Assembly (NCBI GenBank): GCA_025839675.1
Contig: CP104013.1
Location: 4,013,487-4,037,486 of the forward strand
DNA length: 24,000 nucleotides
Source: Candidatus Lokiarchaeum ossiferum
GTDB taxonomy: Archaea > Asgardarchaeota > Lokiarchaeia > Sigyniarchaeales > Promethearchaeaceae
Direction of reading: 5' to 3'
Position 1 is the first letter of the stretch. The number at the start of each line of letters is the position of its first letter. Under the pieces are notes generated by a model. The model was given only the letters and a program-made list of their open reading frames with translations, ran no database searches and had not been told where the DNA came from. Of this stretch, positions 9,028 to 16,170 are shown piece by piece. A program made the position numbers and the translations under genes.

Positions 9028-10782
9028 ATGTCAAAGAAAGACAAATTTTCATACCACTCACAAATTAAATTTTCAATTCCTATTCTTTTACTTCTCGGAA
9101 TCATATGCATTCAAAGCTATGTAATTCCTATAAATCAGGCTCTATCATATACAGAAGCTGATGGACCATTTTCTAAATTGATTATAGAGATAGAACGGCT
9201 ACAAAACAGTGCATCCCATTCTCCCATCAAAATTACTGGTAATGATTGGTCTCCCTATGCTATTCTTGGGAATGGGTCTTTTGGCAATCCTTATATCATT
9301 GCGAATCTCACTATCGATGGTGGTGGGGATTTTGAAGAAGCAGGTATTTTTATCGAAAATTCTGATGTTTATGGGATTATCCGTAATTGTACCTTTGTAA
9401 ATATCGGGGTTGGGGTTGGTTTACTAAATTCAGGAAATTGTTCCATTGAACAGAATCGAGTTAATATTTCCCAATACAGTATCTATCTAGATCAATCCTC
9501 AAATTGCACAGTTATTCAAAATAATCTCACATATCAAGGGTTTGGTATTTATCTGGATAACTCTTTGAATTGTTCCATGATAAATAATAACATACGGGAT
9601 TCTACAGGGGGCATTGGCATCGAATCTTCTTCAGAATGTTTAATTTTTAATAATTATCTTTACAATTCTTCAGGATCTGGCATTGTACTTAATTCAGGAT
9701 CGACGGATGTTGATGTGATACAAAATTCTATTGTCAAATCTGAATATGGTATTGTGGGGGAAAGTTCCTCGTTTTGTACATTAATTAAAAACATTATTCA
9801 AGATTGTTCTGAATATGCGATCTATATTATCCAGTCTTCAAACTATCTTTTAAATCGAAATAATTTAACGGATAATTTTGTTGCTGGAATAGTTCTTTGG
9901 ACATCATCCAATATCAATGTCACCGATAACAACCGCATTCAAAATGAAACTAATTATGGTATTTTAGTGTACGATTCAAATTTCTGCAATATTCGTAATA
10001 ATTACATAGAAAACGTTCTTGAAGATGGAACAATCATTTTTCTTTCTTCAAACATCTCCCTCATAGGAAATATCTTTCGATCTAATTCTCATAATGGTGT
10101 GAGTTTGAATAATTCATTGGATTGTCTCATAGAACGGAATTTTTTCATCCATAATTCTGAAAATGGACTTGGAATTGATGCTTCCTCATCGAATAATCAA
10201 ATTCGCAATAATTCCTTTTCAAAAAATGATAAAGAAGCAATCAATGATTTTGGGACTGGAAATATTTTTTCTGAAAATAAATTTTTCACCAAAATCTCTA
10301 TTAATTTTAATAGTTCGAGTCTTTATGTTAGAAGTGGGGAGTTGTTTCAGTTAAATTGTAGTTATAGTGAGGGATATGGCCCAATATCATTTTTGTGGGA
10401 TTTTGGTGATGGGGGCTTTTCGAGTCTACAAAATGCTACGCATACCTATAGTATGGAAGATGTGTATGAAGTATTTCTTACTGTTATAGAGGCTGATGGT
10501 GACGTTTCAATATTTACTCGTTATATATTTGTATACTCTGAAATACCGACAGAAACGGACACAACTACTACCTCAACAACTACAACAGCTACTACCTCAA
10601 CAACTTCGACAACTACAACATCTTCTTCAACTACAGTTACAACGTCTTCTCCTGAAACTTCAAGTACTGTTGATTCACCTTCTGATTCAGAACAATTTGA
10701 TATCCCGGGGTATTCCATTGGACTCCTTCTGATATCTGTTGGATTTGTTGTGCTCATAATTCGGAAAAAATACTTAGTCTGA
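9028..10782 (+). CDS. Secreted cell-surface protein: right-handed parallel beta-helix (PbH1/NosD-like) repeats + PKD domain + Thr/Ser-rich stalk + PGF-CTERM-like anchor
   Basis: Signal-peptide-like N-terminus (MSKKDKF...FSIPILLLLGIICIQSYVIP). Reiterated about 22-aa N/S/G/I-rich units (NCSIEQNRVN, NCTVIQNNLT, NCSMINNNIR, ECLIFNNYLY...). PKD signature FLWDFGDGGFSSLQNATHTYSMEDVYEVFLTVIEADGD. Stalk TETDTTTTSTTTTATTSTTSTTTTSSSTTVTTSSPETSS. C-terminus PGYSIGLLLISVGFVVLIIRKK. I prefer ATG 9028 because the track's GTG 9019 is part of a GGTG RBS (9018-9021) 6 nt upstream of it. Confidence 0.85.
   Translation: MSKKDKFSYHSQIKFSIPILLLLGIICIQSYVIPINQALSYTEADGPFSKLIIEIERLQNSASHSPIKITGNDWSPYAILGNGSFGNPYIIANLTIDGGGDFEEAGIFIENSDVYGIIRNCTFVNIGVGVGLLNSGNCSIEQNRVNISQYSIYLDQSSNCTVIQNNLTYQGFGIYLDNSLNCSMINNNIRDSTGGIGIESSSECLIFNNYLYNSSGSGIVLNSGSTDVDVIQNSIVKSEYGIVGESSSFCTLIKNIIQDCSEYAIYIIQSSNYLLNRNNLTDNFVAGIVLWTSSNINVTDNNRIQNETNYGILVYDSNFCNIRNNYIENVLEDGTIIFLSSNISLIGNIFRSNSHNGVSLNNSLDCLIERNFFIHNSENGLGIDASSSNNQIRNNSFSKNDKEAINDFGTGNIFSENKFFTKISINFNSSSLYVRSGELFQLNCSYSEGYGPISFLWDFGDGGFSSLQNATHTYSMEDVYEVFLTVIEADGDVSIFTRYIFVYSEIPTETDTTTTSTTTTATTSTTSTTTTSSSTTVTTSSPETSSTVDSPSDSEQFDIPGYSIGLLLISVGFVVLIIRKKYLV
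10565..10605 (+). repeat. Direct repeat of Thr/Ser codons inside the stalk-coding region (17-nt perfect copy, 24-nt period)
   Basis: ctactacctcaacaact occurs at 10565-10581 and again at 10589-10605, within a longer ACN/TCN-rich tract (about 10546-10690). Confidence 0.8.
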
Positions 10783-10787
10783 TCATC

Positions 10788-10795
10788 TTTTTTTT
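10788..10795 (+). terminator. T8 tract immediately after the surface-protein stop codon
   Basis: tgatcatc-tttttttt; stop at 10780-10782, T8 at 10788-10795. Confidence 0.45.
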
Positions 10796-11004
10796 CCCTC
10801 ATTTTAGTCAAAATAACTAAGATGCTATTCCGGTCCTCATTTCTCTCGGTTTATTTCTTCAAGTGATGATCAAAAAATCTTAAATTTAATGAACATTTTT
10901 TAATGATCAGATTGTTTCATTTCAGTTGGTTTATACTGGAATGTAAAAATACTGAATTTTGAACCCAGTACCTACAATCAGATGATATCACAAATTTCAT
11001 CGCT

Positions 11005-11131
11005 CCCCCCTTAACTCAGTTGGTAGAGTGCTCGGCTGTAGAACTGATTAATCGCGTGGAAAAGGGCAACCTATGACTCCACGTCAGCAGCAGCTACCGG
11101 GACGTCGCCGGCTCGACTCCGGCAGGGGGGA
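11005..11131 (+). tRNA. tRNA-Tyr: tRNA-Tyr (anticodon GUA) with a 54-nt intron at the canonical 37/38 position; no encoded CCA
   Basis: Hand-folded cloverleaf. Acceptor CCCCCCT (11005-11011) / AGGGGGG (11124-11130), discriminator A. D-arm ACTC-AGTTGGTA-GAGT with A14, G18G19, A21. Anticodon stem CTCGG (11031-11035) / CCGGG (11097-11101). Spliced loop C-T-GTA-G-A. Variable loop ACGTC. T-arm GCCGG-CTCGACT-CCGGC. C1-G72 plus A73 are the archaeal/eukaryal tRNA-Tyr identity set. Only the 37/38 splice choice leaves a purine at position 37. Confidence 0.85.
11042..11095 (+). other. tRNA intron (54 nt)
   Basis: C32-U35 (CTGT) can pair with intron GCAG (11090-11093) as a 4-bp central helix. This leaves CT|A (11094-11096) as a 3-nt bulge around the 3' splice site and AG|A(A) around the 5' site, i.e. 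bulge-helix-bulge-like. The intron also has an internal stem GCGTGGA (11054-11060) / TCCACGT (11078-11084). Confidence 0.7.
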
Positions 11132-11258
11132 CTATCACTCTTCTCTTATTTTCCGAATTTCTCTTATTAAAAATTAGCAAGATTCAATTTAAAATTCATG
11201 GACTTTGAAGATAATAAAAAAGATCCTCTTAAGAATTTCAAAGAAATAAAAAGATAAG

Positions 11259-11280
11259 GCAAAATGGTTAAGCATTTTGC
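11259..11280 (-). terminator. Perfect 8-bp hairpin overlapping the stop codon of the 112-aa gene, followed on the minus strand by a T-rich stretch
   Basis: gcaaaatg (11259-11266) / cattttgc (11273-11280) with a 6-nt loop containing the TAA. The minus strand continues ccttatctttttatttctttg. Confidence 0.35.
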
Positions 11281-11606
11281 TTTACGATTATCATAATTGC
11301 AATTATGATTGCAACTCCAACTGCTACTATGAGTATAATTACCCAAGTTGGAAGTGGATTCGGAGGATCTATCGAATTAGTACTTGTAGTTGTATCCGTA
11401 CCTATGGTAGTTGTTTGTCCTGTGCCACTATCAGATGTGGCCCATGTCCAATAATTATCGAGATTGAATTGAAAGTCACCAAATTCTGCTGGATTAAAAC
11501 TCGTTGTGTTGAAATTACCAGAAAGATCGATATTTTCCAAATCACTATCCTCGGTTAAATTTCCGGAATAATTAACTAACGCATTATCATCAATTGTGCA
11601 ATTCAC
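11268..11606 (-). CDS. Small acidic protein with Thr-rich segment and single C-terminal transmembrane anchor; no signal peptide
   Basis: MNCTIDDNALVNYSGNLTEDSDLE...TGQTTTIGTDTTTSTNSIDPPNPLPTWVIILIVAVGVAIIIAIMIIVKQNA. GTG start is preceded by GAGGAG. The upstream frame is closed, so no N-terminal extension is possible. Confidence 0.55.
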   Translation of the reverse strand: MNCTIDDNALVNYSGNLTEDSDLENIDLSGNFNTTSFNPAEFGDFQFNLDNYWTWATSDSGTGQTTTIGTDTTTSTNSIDPPNPLPTWVIILIVAVGVAIIIAIMIIVKQNA

Positions 11607-11687
11607 ATCTCCTCTATTTTTTCATAATAATTGTTTTATAAGATGTCATATCTTTCAAAATTTCTAAAAAAAAATGCCTTTGTAATT

Positions 11688-12836
11688 TTAAGAAATATAT
11701 TCAATTCGGGCTTCTGTTAGCATTTCAACTTTCCCGTTGCGGATCATGATATCGTTCTCAAGGCGGAAACCCCCTTCTCCCTTGACATACGCTCCCGGTT
11801 CAATCGCCAGTACCATCCCTTCTTGAATTCGCTGTTCTTTCCAAGATTCCAACCGTTTCGGATCGGTAGGTTTGGGAAAGAGAAAGGGGGCGTCATGCTC
11901 TTCTAATCCTAATCCGTGCCCTAACCCGTAATTCATAGGGTATCCTGCACCCTCCAAAATATCTCGGGCCGTTTCAGCAATTGTATGAATTGGTACGTCA
12001 ATGTCAATCATATTCATCACAGCATCATAGGCTTTCAGCGACACATCAATCATTTTCTGTTGTTCCGTTGAAATTGTTCCAAAAGCAAAAGGTTGGGTGA
12101 TATCACTGCAATATCCATTTAATTTAGCCCCAAAATCAATTATCGAAAGTCCGGGTTTGTTGAAGGGGGCATTAGTGGCATAAGGATGGCAATGAAGTTG
12201 ATAGCTTCGATCAGTATTTGCCACTAAGGATGGGAAGGCATTTTCGTCTGCACCAAGTTCACGCATTCGTTTCATCACATAGAAGGCCAGATCATTTTCT
12301 GTTTCATCTGAAGCATTTTGGGCGAATCGCCGAATATCTTTAAGTAAATTATTACTGAGGTGGGCTACATCTGTAAGTCGATCCAGTTCTAAAGGTGTTT
12401 TAGTGGCTCGTAATTGGGCCAGTTCAAATCCAATTTCCCGAGGTTTCTGATAGATCTTACAATTAGGTATATATTGTTGTAAATTTAAAACTAATTGAAA
12501 TGGTGCGTTAGAGAGTACCCCAATTACGGGAGATGAAGTTTTGACCGATTTTTTCACAAAATCGGCTAAGGCGTTCATCGCTGAATATTGAAAGTTAATA
12601 AGATCCAAGATGTGATCCACTTCAGCATGTTCTTCCGCTAGGGGGACATCAGCAGGCATTAAACAAGTTTCTCCTGATTGCGTGATTGCCAAGAGAGCAT
12701 CTGTTGGATGGCCAGATAAATACTGTAAATGCGTTGTTCGAGCCATCTCGGAATCATTCACTAAGAGCAAATCTATTCCCTTGGTCTCTAATTCGGCCAA
12801 AAGGTGATCTAATTTTTCAGTTGTGATTGAGCGCAT
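11688..12836 (-). CDS. pepQ: Xaa-Pro dipeptidase/aminopeptidase, M24B metallopeptidase (prolidase-like)
   Basis: Pita-bread metal-ligand blocks IIDFGAKLNGYCSDITQ, HGLGLEEHD, LAIEPGAY, FRLENDIMI, plus a creatinase-like N-terminal domain. GAGGT lies 9 nt upstream of ATG 12836. The start is 2 nt after the stop of the upstream gene. Confidence 0.9.
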   Translation of the reverse strand: MRSITTEKLDHLLAELETKGIDLLLVNDSEMARTTHLQYLSGHPTDALLAITQSGETCLMPADVPLAEEHAEVDHILDLINFQYSAMNALADFVKKSVKTSSPVIGVLSNAPFQLVLNLQQYIPNCKIYQKPREIGFELAQLRATKTPLELDRLTDVAHLSNNLLKDIRRFAQNASDETENDLAFYVMKRMRELGADENAFPSLVANTDRSYQLHCHPYATNAPFNKPGLSIIDFGAKLNGYCSDITQPFAFGTISTEQQKMIDVSLKAYDAVMNMIDIDVPIHTIAETARDILEGAGYPMNYGLGHGLGLEEHDAPFLFPKPTDPKRLESWKEQRIQEGMVLAIEPGAYVKGEGGFRLENDIMIRNGKVEMLTEARIEYIS

Positions 12837-12838
12837 TT

Positions 12839-13354
12839 TTAATCGACCTCATAAATATCTATATTTTTACAATCTTGCAGCTTGGAGAGTAAAACTAATT
12901 TTGGGAAAATATTTGGAATCCGAATATTATGGCAATTAATTATCTTTAAGATATATTGTTGAAAGGTTTCCTTATCAACATCGGGAGCAAAGGAAAGCTT
13001 TTTGATATTAATAAAACTAATTTCATTGGCTGCATCTATGAGATCTTGTTTAGTAACGGTCAAATTTTCATGACCAATGACAGCTAACGGTTTTTTGTTT
13101 AATGGGCGTAAGACTTTAGCAGATATCTGTGGAAATCCTTCTTCTATGGAATCAACAACATCCTTCATCATTTTAGATACTGCCATTCCAACATTCATGT
13201 CAAGATCTTTCGTTTTGTTCACAAATTGCTCGTACACCTCAGCATTTACTCCTCGGATAGATATTGATTTCAAATTATCTTTTTCAGAAAAATATTTAGA
13301 ACGGAACTGGTCTATCGTATCATCAAAGTCAAAATTTTCATTTTTATCAACCAT
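12839..13354 (-). CDS. Hypothetical protein; N-terminal segment possibly ribbon-helix-helix-like
   Basis: 171 aa. KSISIRGVNAEVYEQFVNKTKDLDMNVGMAVSKMMKDVV has the strand-helix-helix look of RHH/CopG-type domains (weak, by eye). AGAGGT lies 7 nt upstream of ATG 13354. Tightly coupled to pepQ. Confidence 0.55.
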   Translation of the reverse strand: MVDKNENFDFDDTIDQFRSKYFSEKDNLKSISIRGVNAEVYEQFVNKTKDLDMNVGMAVSKMMKDVVDSIEEGFPQISAKVLRPLNKKPLAVIGHENLTVTKQDLIDAANEISFINIKKLSFAPDVDKETFQQYILKIINCHNIRIPNIFPKLVLLSKLQDCKNIDIYEVD

Positions 13355-13462
13355 TTGTTTAACCTCTTTTCATGTAATCATGTTTTACAACACTAAATGT
13401 ATACCTCTCATACTATTAAATTTTTATTTTTGATATACTCTTAATATCAATAGATGCAATAA

Positions 13463-13996
13463 TTATCTTTTTTTAACCGTTTTGACTAATTTATTTGTCA
13501 TTCTATTCAATTCATCAGAATATTGCGATATTTCCTCCAAAATTGAAGATTGTTCTTCTAGGAAAGAGGATAAACTTGAGTCTTCTGTAGCTTTTTTTTG
13601 AATTATTAAATTGATTTTTTCCATACTTTCAACCATGTTCGTTATAATTCTTAAAAAGCGAATTTGGTAATCAATGTCAGTGAAATTATTCATGGAGATG
13701 CTTCTATCTTCATTGTTAATCATTGATAGCAATTTTTTGTTCATCAGTCGTAATAACTCCGTTGAAACTTTTGGAGTTTCTTTTTCAAAGGGATTAAATA
13801 CTTTTTTCATCCATTTTTCATTTCCATTCTCAATATTCAAGCCTAAAAATTTAAGATTTTCATTAAAGGGATGGTTATTCTTATTTTTTTTATCTAAGAT
13901 GAATCTAGGCTTTGAAGATTCCTCCGTAGTAAAATATTCAGTTGGGAAATAATTTGATTTTTCTTCGAAATTTAAATTTTTATTTTCATTGCACAT
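13463..13996 (-). CDS. Hypothetical protein (Asn/Lys-rich N-terminus, helical C-terminal half)
   Basis: The track starts at GTG 14005, but that GTG is part of AAGGTG (GGTG 14006-14003), which sits 6 nt upstream of ATG 13996 (MCNENKNLNF...). No recognisable motif. Confidence 0.5.
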   Translation of the reverse strand: MCNENKNLNFEEKSNYFPTEYFTTEESSKPRFILDKKNKNNHPFNENLKFLGLNIENGNEKWMKKVFNPFEKETPKVSTELLRLMNKKLLSMINNEDRSISMNNFTDIDYQIRFLRIITNMVESMEKINLIIQKKATEDSSLSSFLEEQSSILEEISQYSDELNRMTNKLVKTVKKR

Positions 13997-14248
13997 TTGC
14001 TGCACCTTGATTGTTGTTAAACACGTTTTATTGTTTTACATGTTTTCATGTTAAACATCATTTATAAAGTTATATCTTCTTTATCCATCATAGTTCTCAA
14101 TGTCAAATATGGGATAATATTCTTCCAAAAAATCGCTTGGCGCTTGAAAAAGCTGCAAAATAAGATTTAAAATAATTTTGATTTATAGAAGTATTGTAAA
14201 AGTTAGGGTTTTCAAATCCAAACTCAAATTACCATAAAGATAAAGAAT

Positions 14249-14255
14249 AAAAAAA
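14249..14255 (-). terminator. T7 run (minus strand) just after the MCP stop, part of an A/T palindrome
   Basis: Plus strand reads aaaaaaa-tttttttt at 14249-14263. The MCP stop TAA is at 14264-14262. Confidence 0.35.
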
Positions 14256-14261
14256 TTTTTT

Positions 14262-15845
14262 TTATATTTTCTTGACTTCTTCAAATAGCTTTTCTGCCGC
14301 CGCATTTAATTCTTCCGCCGCCGCACTCATTTCCTCTAGCGTTGAAGCCATTTCTTCTGTGGAGGAAGATAATTCTTGTGCAGTTCCGGAACTTTGCTCA
14401 ATAACAACGTTAATTTTTTCAACACTTTCGACAATATTGGTGATATCCTTATCTTGTCCAGATACATTGTCGATTGTTTGCTTAATTCCATTATTTGTCA
14501 AATTAATTACTTGAAATAATGCGTCGAGCTGGACTTTGGTTCCGCTTAGAGATGCATCTCCTTTTTCGATCGATCGCACAGTATCGTTAGTTGCGGAAAC
14601 AGCATCTGAAACTTCTACTTGGATGGCCTTAATCAGATCATTTATTTGATCTGCGGCTTGTTTTGAATCTTCAGCAAGTTTTCGGACTTGTTCTGCTACG
14701 ACTGCAAAACCTTTTCCAGCATCACCTGCGCGGGCCGCTTCTATTGCAGCATTAAGGGCTAAAAGGTTAGTTTCTGTAGCAATACCTGCAATCACTTCCA
14801 CAATTTTATTAATTTCCTTGCTCTTGACTTCCAGCGATCCCATGGTTTGGGCGACTTTGTCAGCTCCTTTAGTAATTTCCCCAATTTGAATGACTAAATC
14901 ATCGGTCAGATCTTTTCCTTTTTGGGCCATGTTTTGACCATCTTCTCCCTGCTTCGCAAGTTCTGCTGAATCATCAACAATCTTATTACTAATATCTTGA
15001 ACTTTTAATACTGCGGTGGATATTTGATTCACAGATTGGGTTTGATGTTGAGCCCCTTTGGCTACTTCTTGTGTGCCTCCAGTGACTTCTTGCACGGATA
15101 AATTTATTTGGTTGCTCGATTCCGCAATCTGAGTGGACATTGAAGAAACTTCTCCCGCAATTTGCTGCACATTTGTCACTAATGTCCTAAGATTTGTGAC
15201 ATCTTGAAATGTTTCCACACCTCCGACGATTTCATTCCCCACTCCAAAAATCGGTGCGCCCCCAATTTGAATAACCTTGCCTAAAAGACTTAAATCTTGC
15301 ATGTCCACAACTCCTTTTGCTTGTTTCGCTTTCATTACAGGACAATTTTCTGTTAAGCAAACTTTTGTTTTAAATTGCTCATGGCATTTTGTTCCGAGTA
15401 CTGCCTCAGAAAATCCGGTTATTTTCGTGAAACGATCATTGATCTGTGTGATTTTAAAATCATTATCTACTGTCATTATTCCAACTGGGAGTCCAGTTAC
15501 CACATTTCGTTGCTCCGTCACATCAGCAAAGGTTTCCATTCCTCCTATCACTTGTCCGCGAGCATTCACTAAAGGAGACCCTCCAATTTGAAGTGTTTGA
15601 TCTCCAATTTTTAAATCTTGCACATCAATCGTGTGTTTTTGTTTTTTCGCCATAGCAACAGGGCATTTATCAGTGTTGCAAAATTTGGTTTTGAAGTGAT
15701 CAAAACATTTTGTTCCTATAATTTCATCTGAAAAACCCGTGATTTGGGTGAATTTATCATTAATTTCAAAGACTTTAAAGTCATTGTTCACCAACATAAT
15801 CCCAACAGGAAGATCTTGGGCCATTTTTCTTCTATTATATCTCAT
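14262..15845 (-). CDS. Soluble (no TM segment seen) methyl-accepting chemotaxis protein with two tandem Cys-rich PAS-like sensor modules
   Basis: Highly conserved MCP signalling core [43 protein letters not shown] flanked by long heptad-rich arms. I see no hydrophobic segment or HAMP. I prefer ATG 15845 ([17 protein letters not shown]), which has AAGGAG (15860-15855) 9 nt upstream. The track start 15911 and ATG 15824 remain possible. Confidence 0.9.
   Translation of the reverse strand: MRYNRRKMAQDLPVGIMLVNNDFKVFEINDKFTQITGFSDEIIGTKCFDHFKTKFCNTDKCPVAMAKKQKHTIDVQDLKIGDQTLQIGGSPLVNARGQVIGGMETFADVTEQRNVVTGLPVGIMTVDNDFKITQINDRFTKITGFSEAVLGTKCHEQFKTKVCLTENCPVMKAKQAKGVVDMQDLSLLGKVIQIGGAPIFGVGNEIVGGVETFQDVTNLRTLVTNVQQIAGEVSSMSTQIAESSNQINLSVQEVTGGTQEVAKGAQHQTQSVNQISTAVLKVQDISNKIVDDSAELAKQGEDGQNMAQKGKDLTDDLVIQIGEITKGADKVAQTMGSLEVKSKEINKIVEVIAGIATETNLLALNAAIEAARAGDAGKGFAVVAEQVRKLAEDSKQAADQINDLIKAIQVEVSDAVSATNDTVRSIEKGDASLSGTKVQLDALFQVINLTNNGIKQTIDNVSGQDKDITNIVESVEKINVVIEQSSGTAQELSSSTEEMASTLEEMSAAAEELNAAAEKLFEEVKKI
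15171..15812 (-). repeat. Intragenic tandem duplication: two 107-aa PAS-like modules (15812-15492 and 15491-15171)
   Basis: [52 protein letters not shown]...[14 protein letters not shown] versus [52 protein letters not shown]...[14 protein letters not shown]. The two align without gaps at roughly half identical positions by eye. Confidence 0.85.
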
Positions 15846-16170
15846 AAACGAATTCTCCTTTTTCAACGAATAACTATTCAAAGTGAATATACATGTCATG
15901 TTTCTTACCATTCATTTATAACTAAAGTTTGACAACAATTATTCAAATTAAATACTTTTTTTTCCGAAATACAGCTTTAAATAGGATTGGAATTATTTTT
16001 GGGATAATTTCAAATTCAAATCGAACAAATTTTGTATGTATTGATAAAACATAGTATCACCTTCCAGTTCAAGAGAATTTTTCTTTAAAATCAAAATATT
16101 ATCAATGAGTTATGTCCAACAATGTATAATGAACAAGTTAATTAAGTCGTCTAAATAACCAGTAACAAAT

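Noticed and set aside
9209-10811. ORFs 9209..9400, 10163..10354, 10496..10732 (+) and 10521..10811 (-), including Q/L-rich and V/E-rich repetitive peptides
   Set aside because: They are alternative-frame or antisense readings of the surface-protein gene. The repetitive peptides are simply the Thr-codon repeat read out of frame.
10863-10955. Possible C/D-box sRNA upstream of the tRNA: perfect C box GTGATGA (10863-10869) and CTGA (10952-10955), plus an A/T-rich imperfect hairpin TGATCAAAAAA / TTTTTTAATGATCA
   Set aside because: The box spacing (about 90 nt) is too long for archaeal C/D sRNAs. No credible D' or C' boxes occur at the expected 12-nt guide spacing, and the terminal stem is weak. 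RUGAUGA and CUGA both occur by chance in this composition.
11277-11558. Cys-rich 93-aa ORF on the plus strand opposite the 112-aa gene
   Set aside because: The minus-strand frame has an RBS, a coherent Thr-linker plus TM-anchor architecture and a terminator-like hairpin. The plus-strand product is compositionally odd with no start context. Neither is proven, but the minus strand is the better model.
10783-11687. tRNA-Tyr as an integration site for a genomic island
   Set aside because: There is no integrase, no duplicated copy of the tRNA 3' end in the window, and no abrupt change of gene content on either side.
11688-12836. Higher GC of pepQ relative to its neighbours as a sign of horizontal transfer
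   Set aside because: The GH13 gene (one spot count about 42% GC) and the MCP core are also GC-richer. The trend tracks protein conservation and amino-acid composition rather than marking a discrete island, and no flanking repeats or mobility genes are present.
13077-13952. Antisense ORFs 13077..13433 and 13674..13952
   Set aside because: They overlap the RBS-supported minus-strand genes and have hydrophobic, low-complexity shadow-type sequences.
14272-15932. Four plus-strand ORFs antisense to the MCP gene
   Set aside because: The MCP frame carries an unmistakable conserved signalling domain, and the antisense ORFs have no features.
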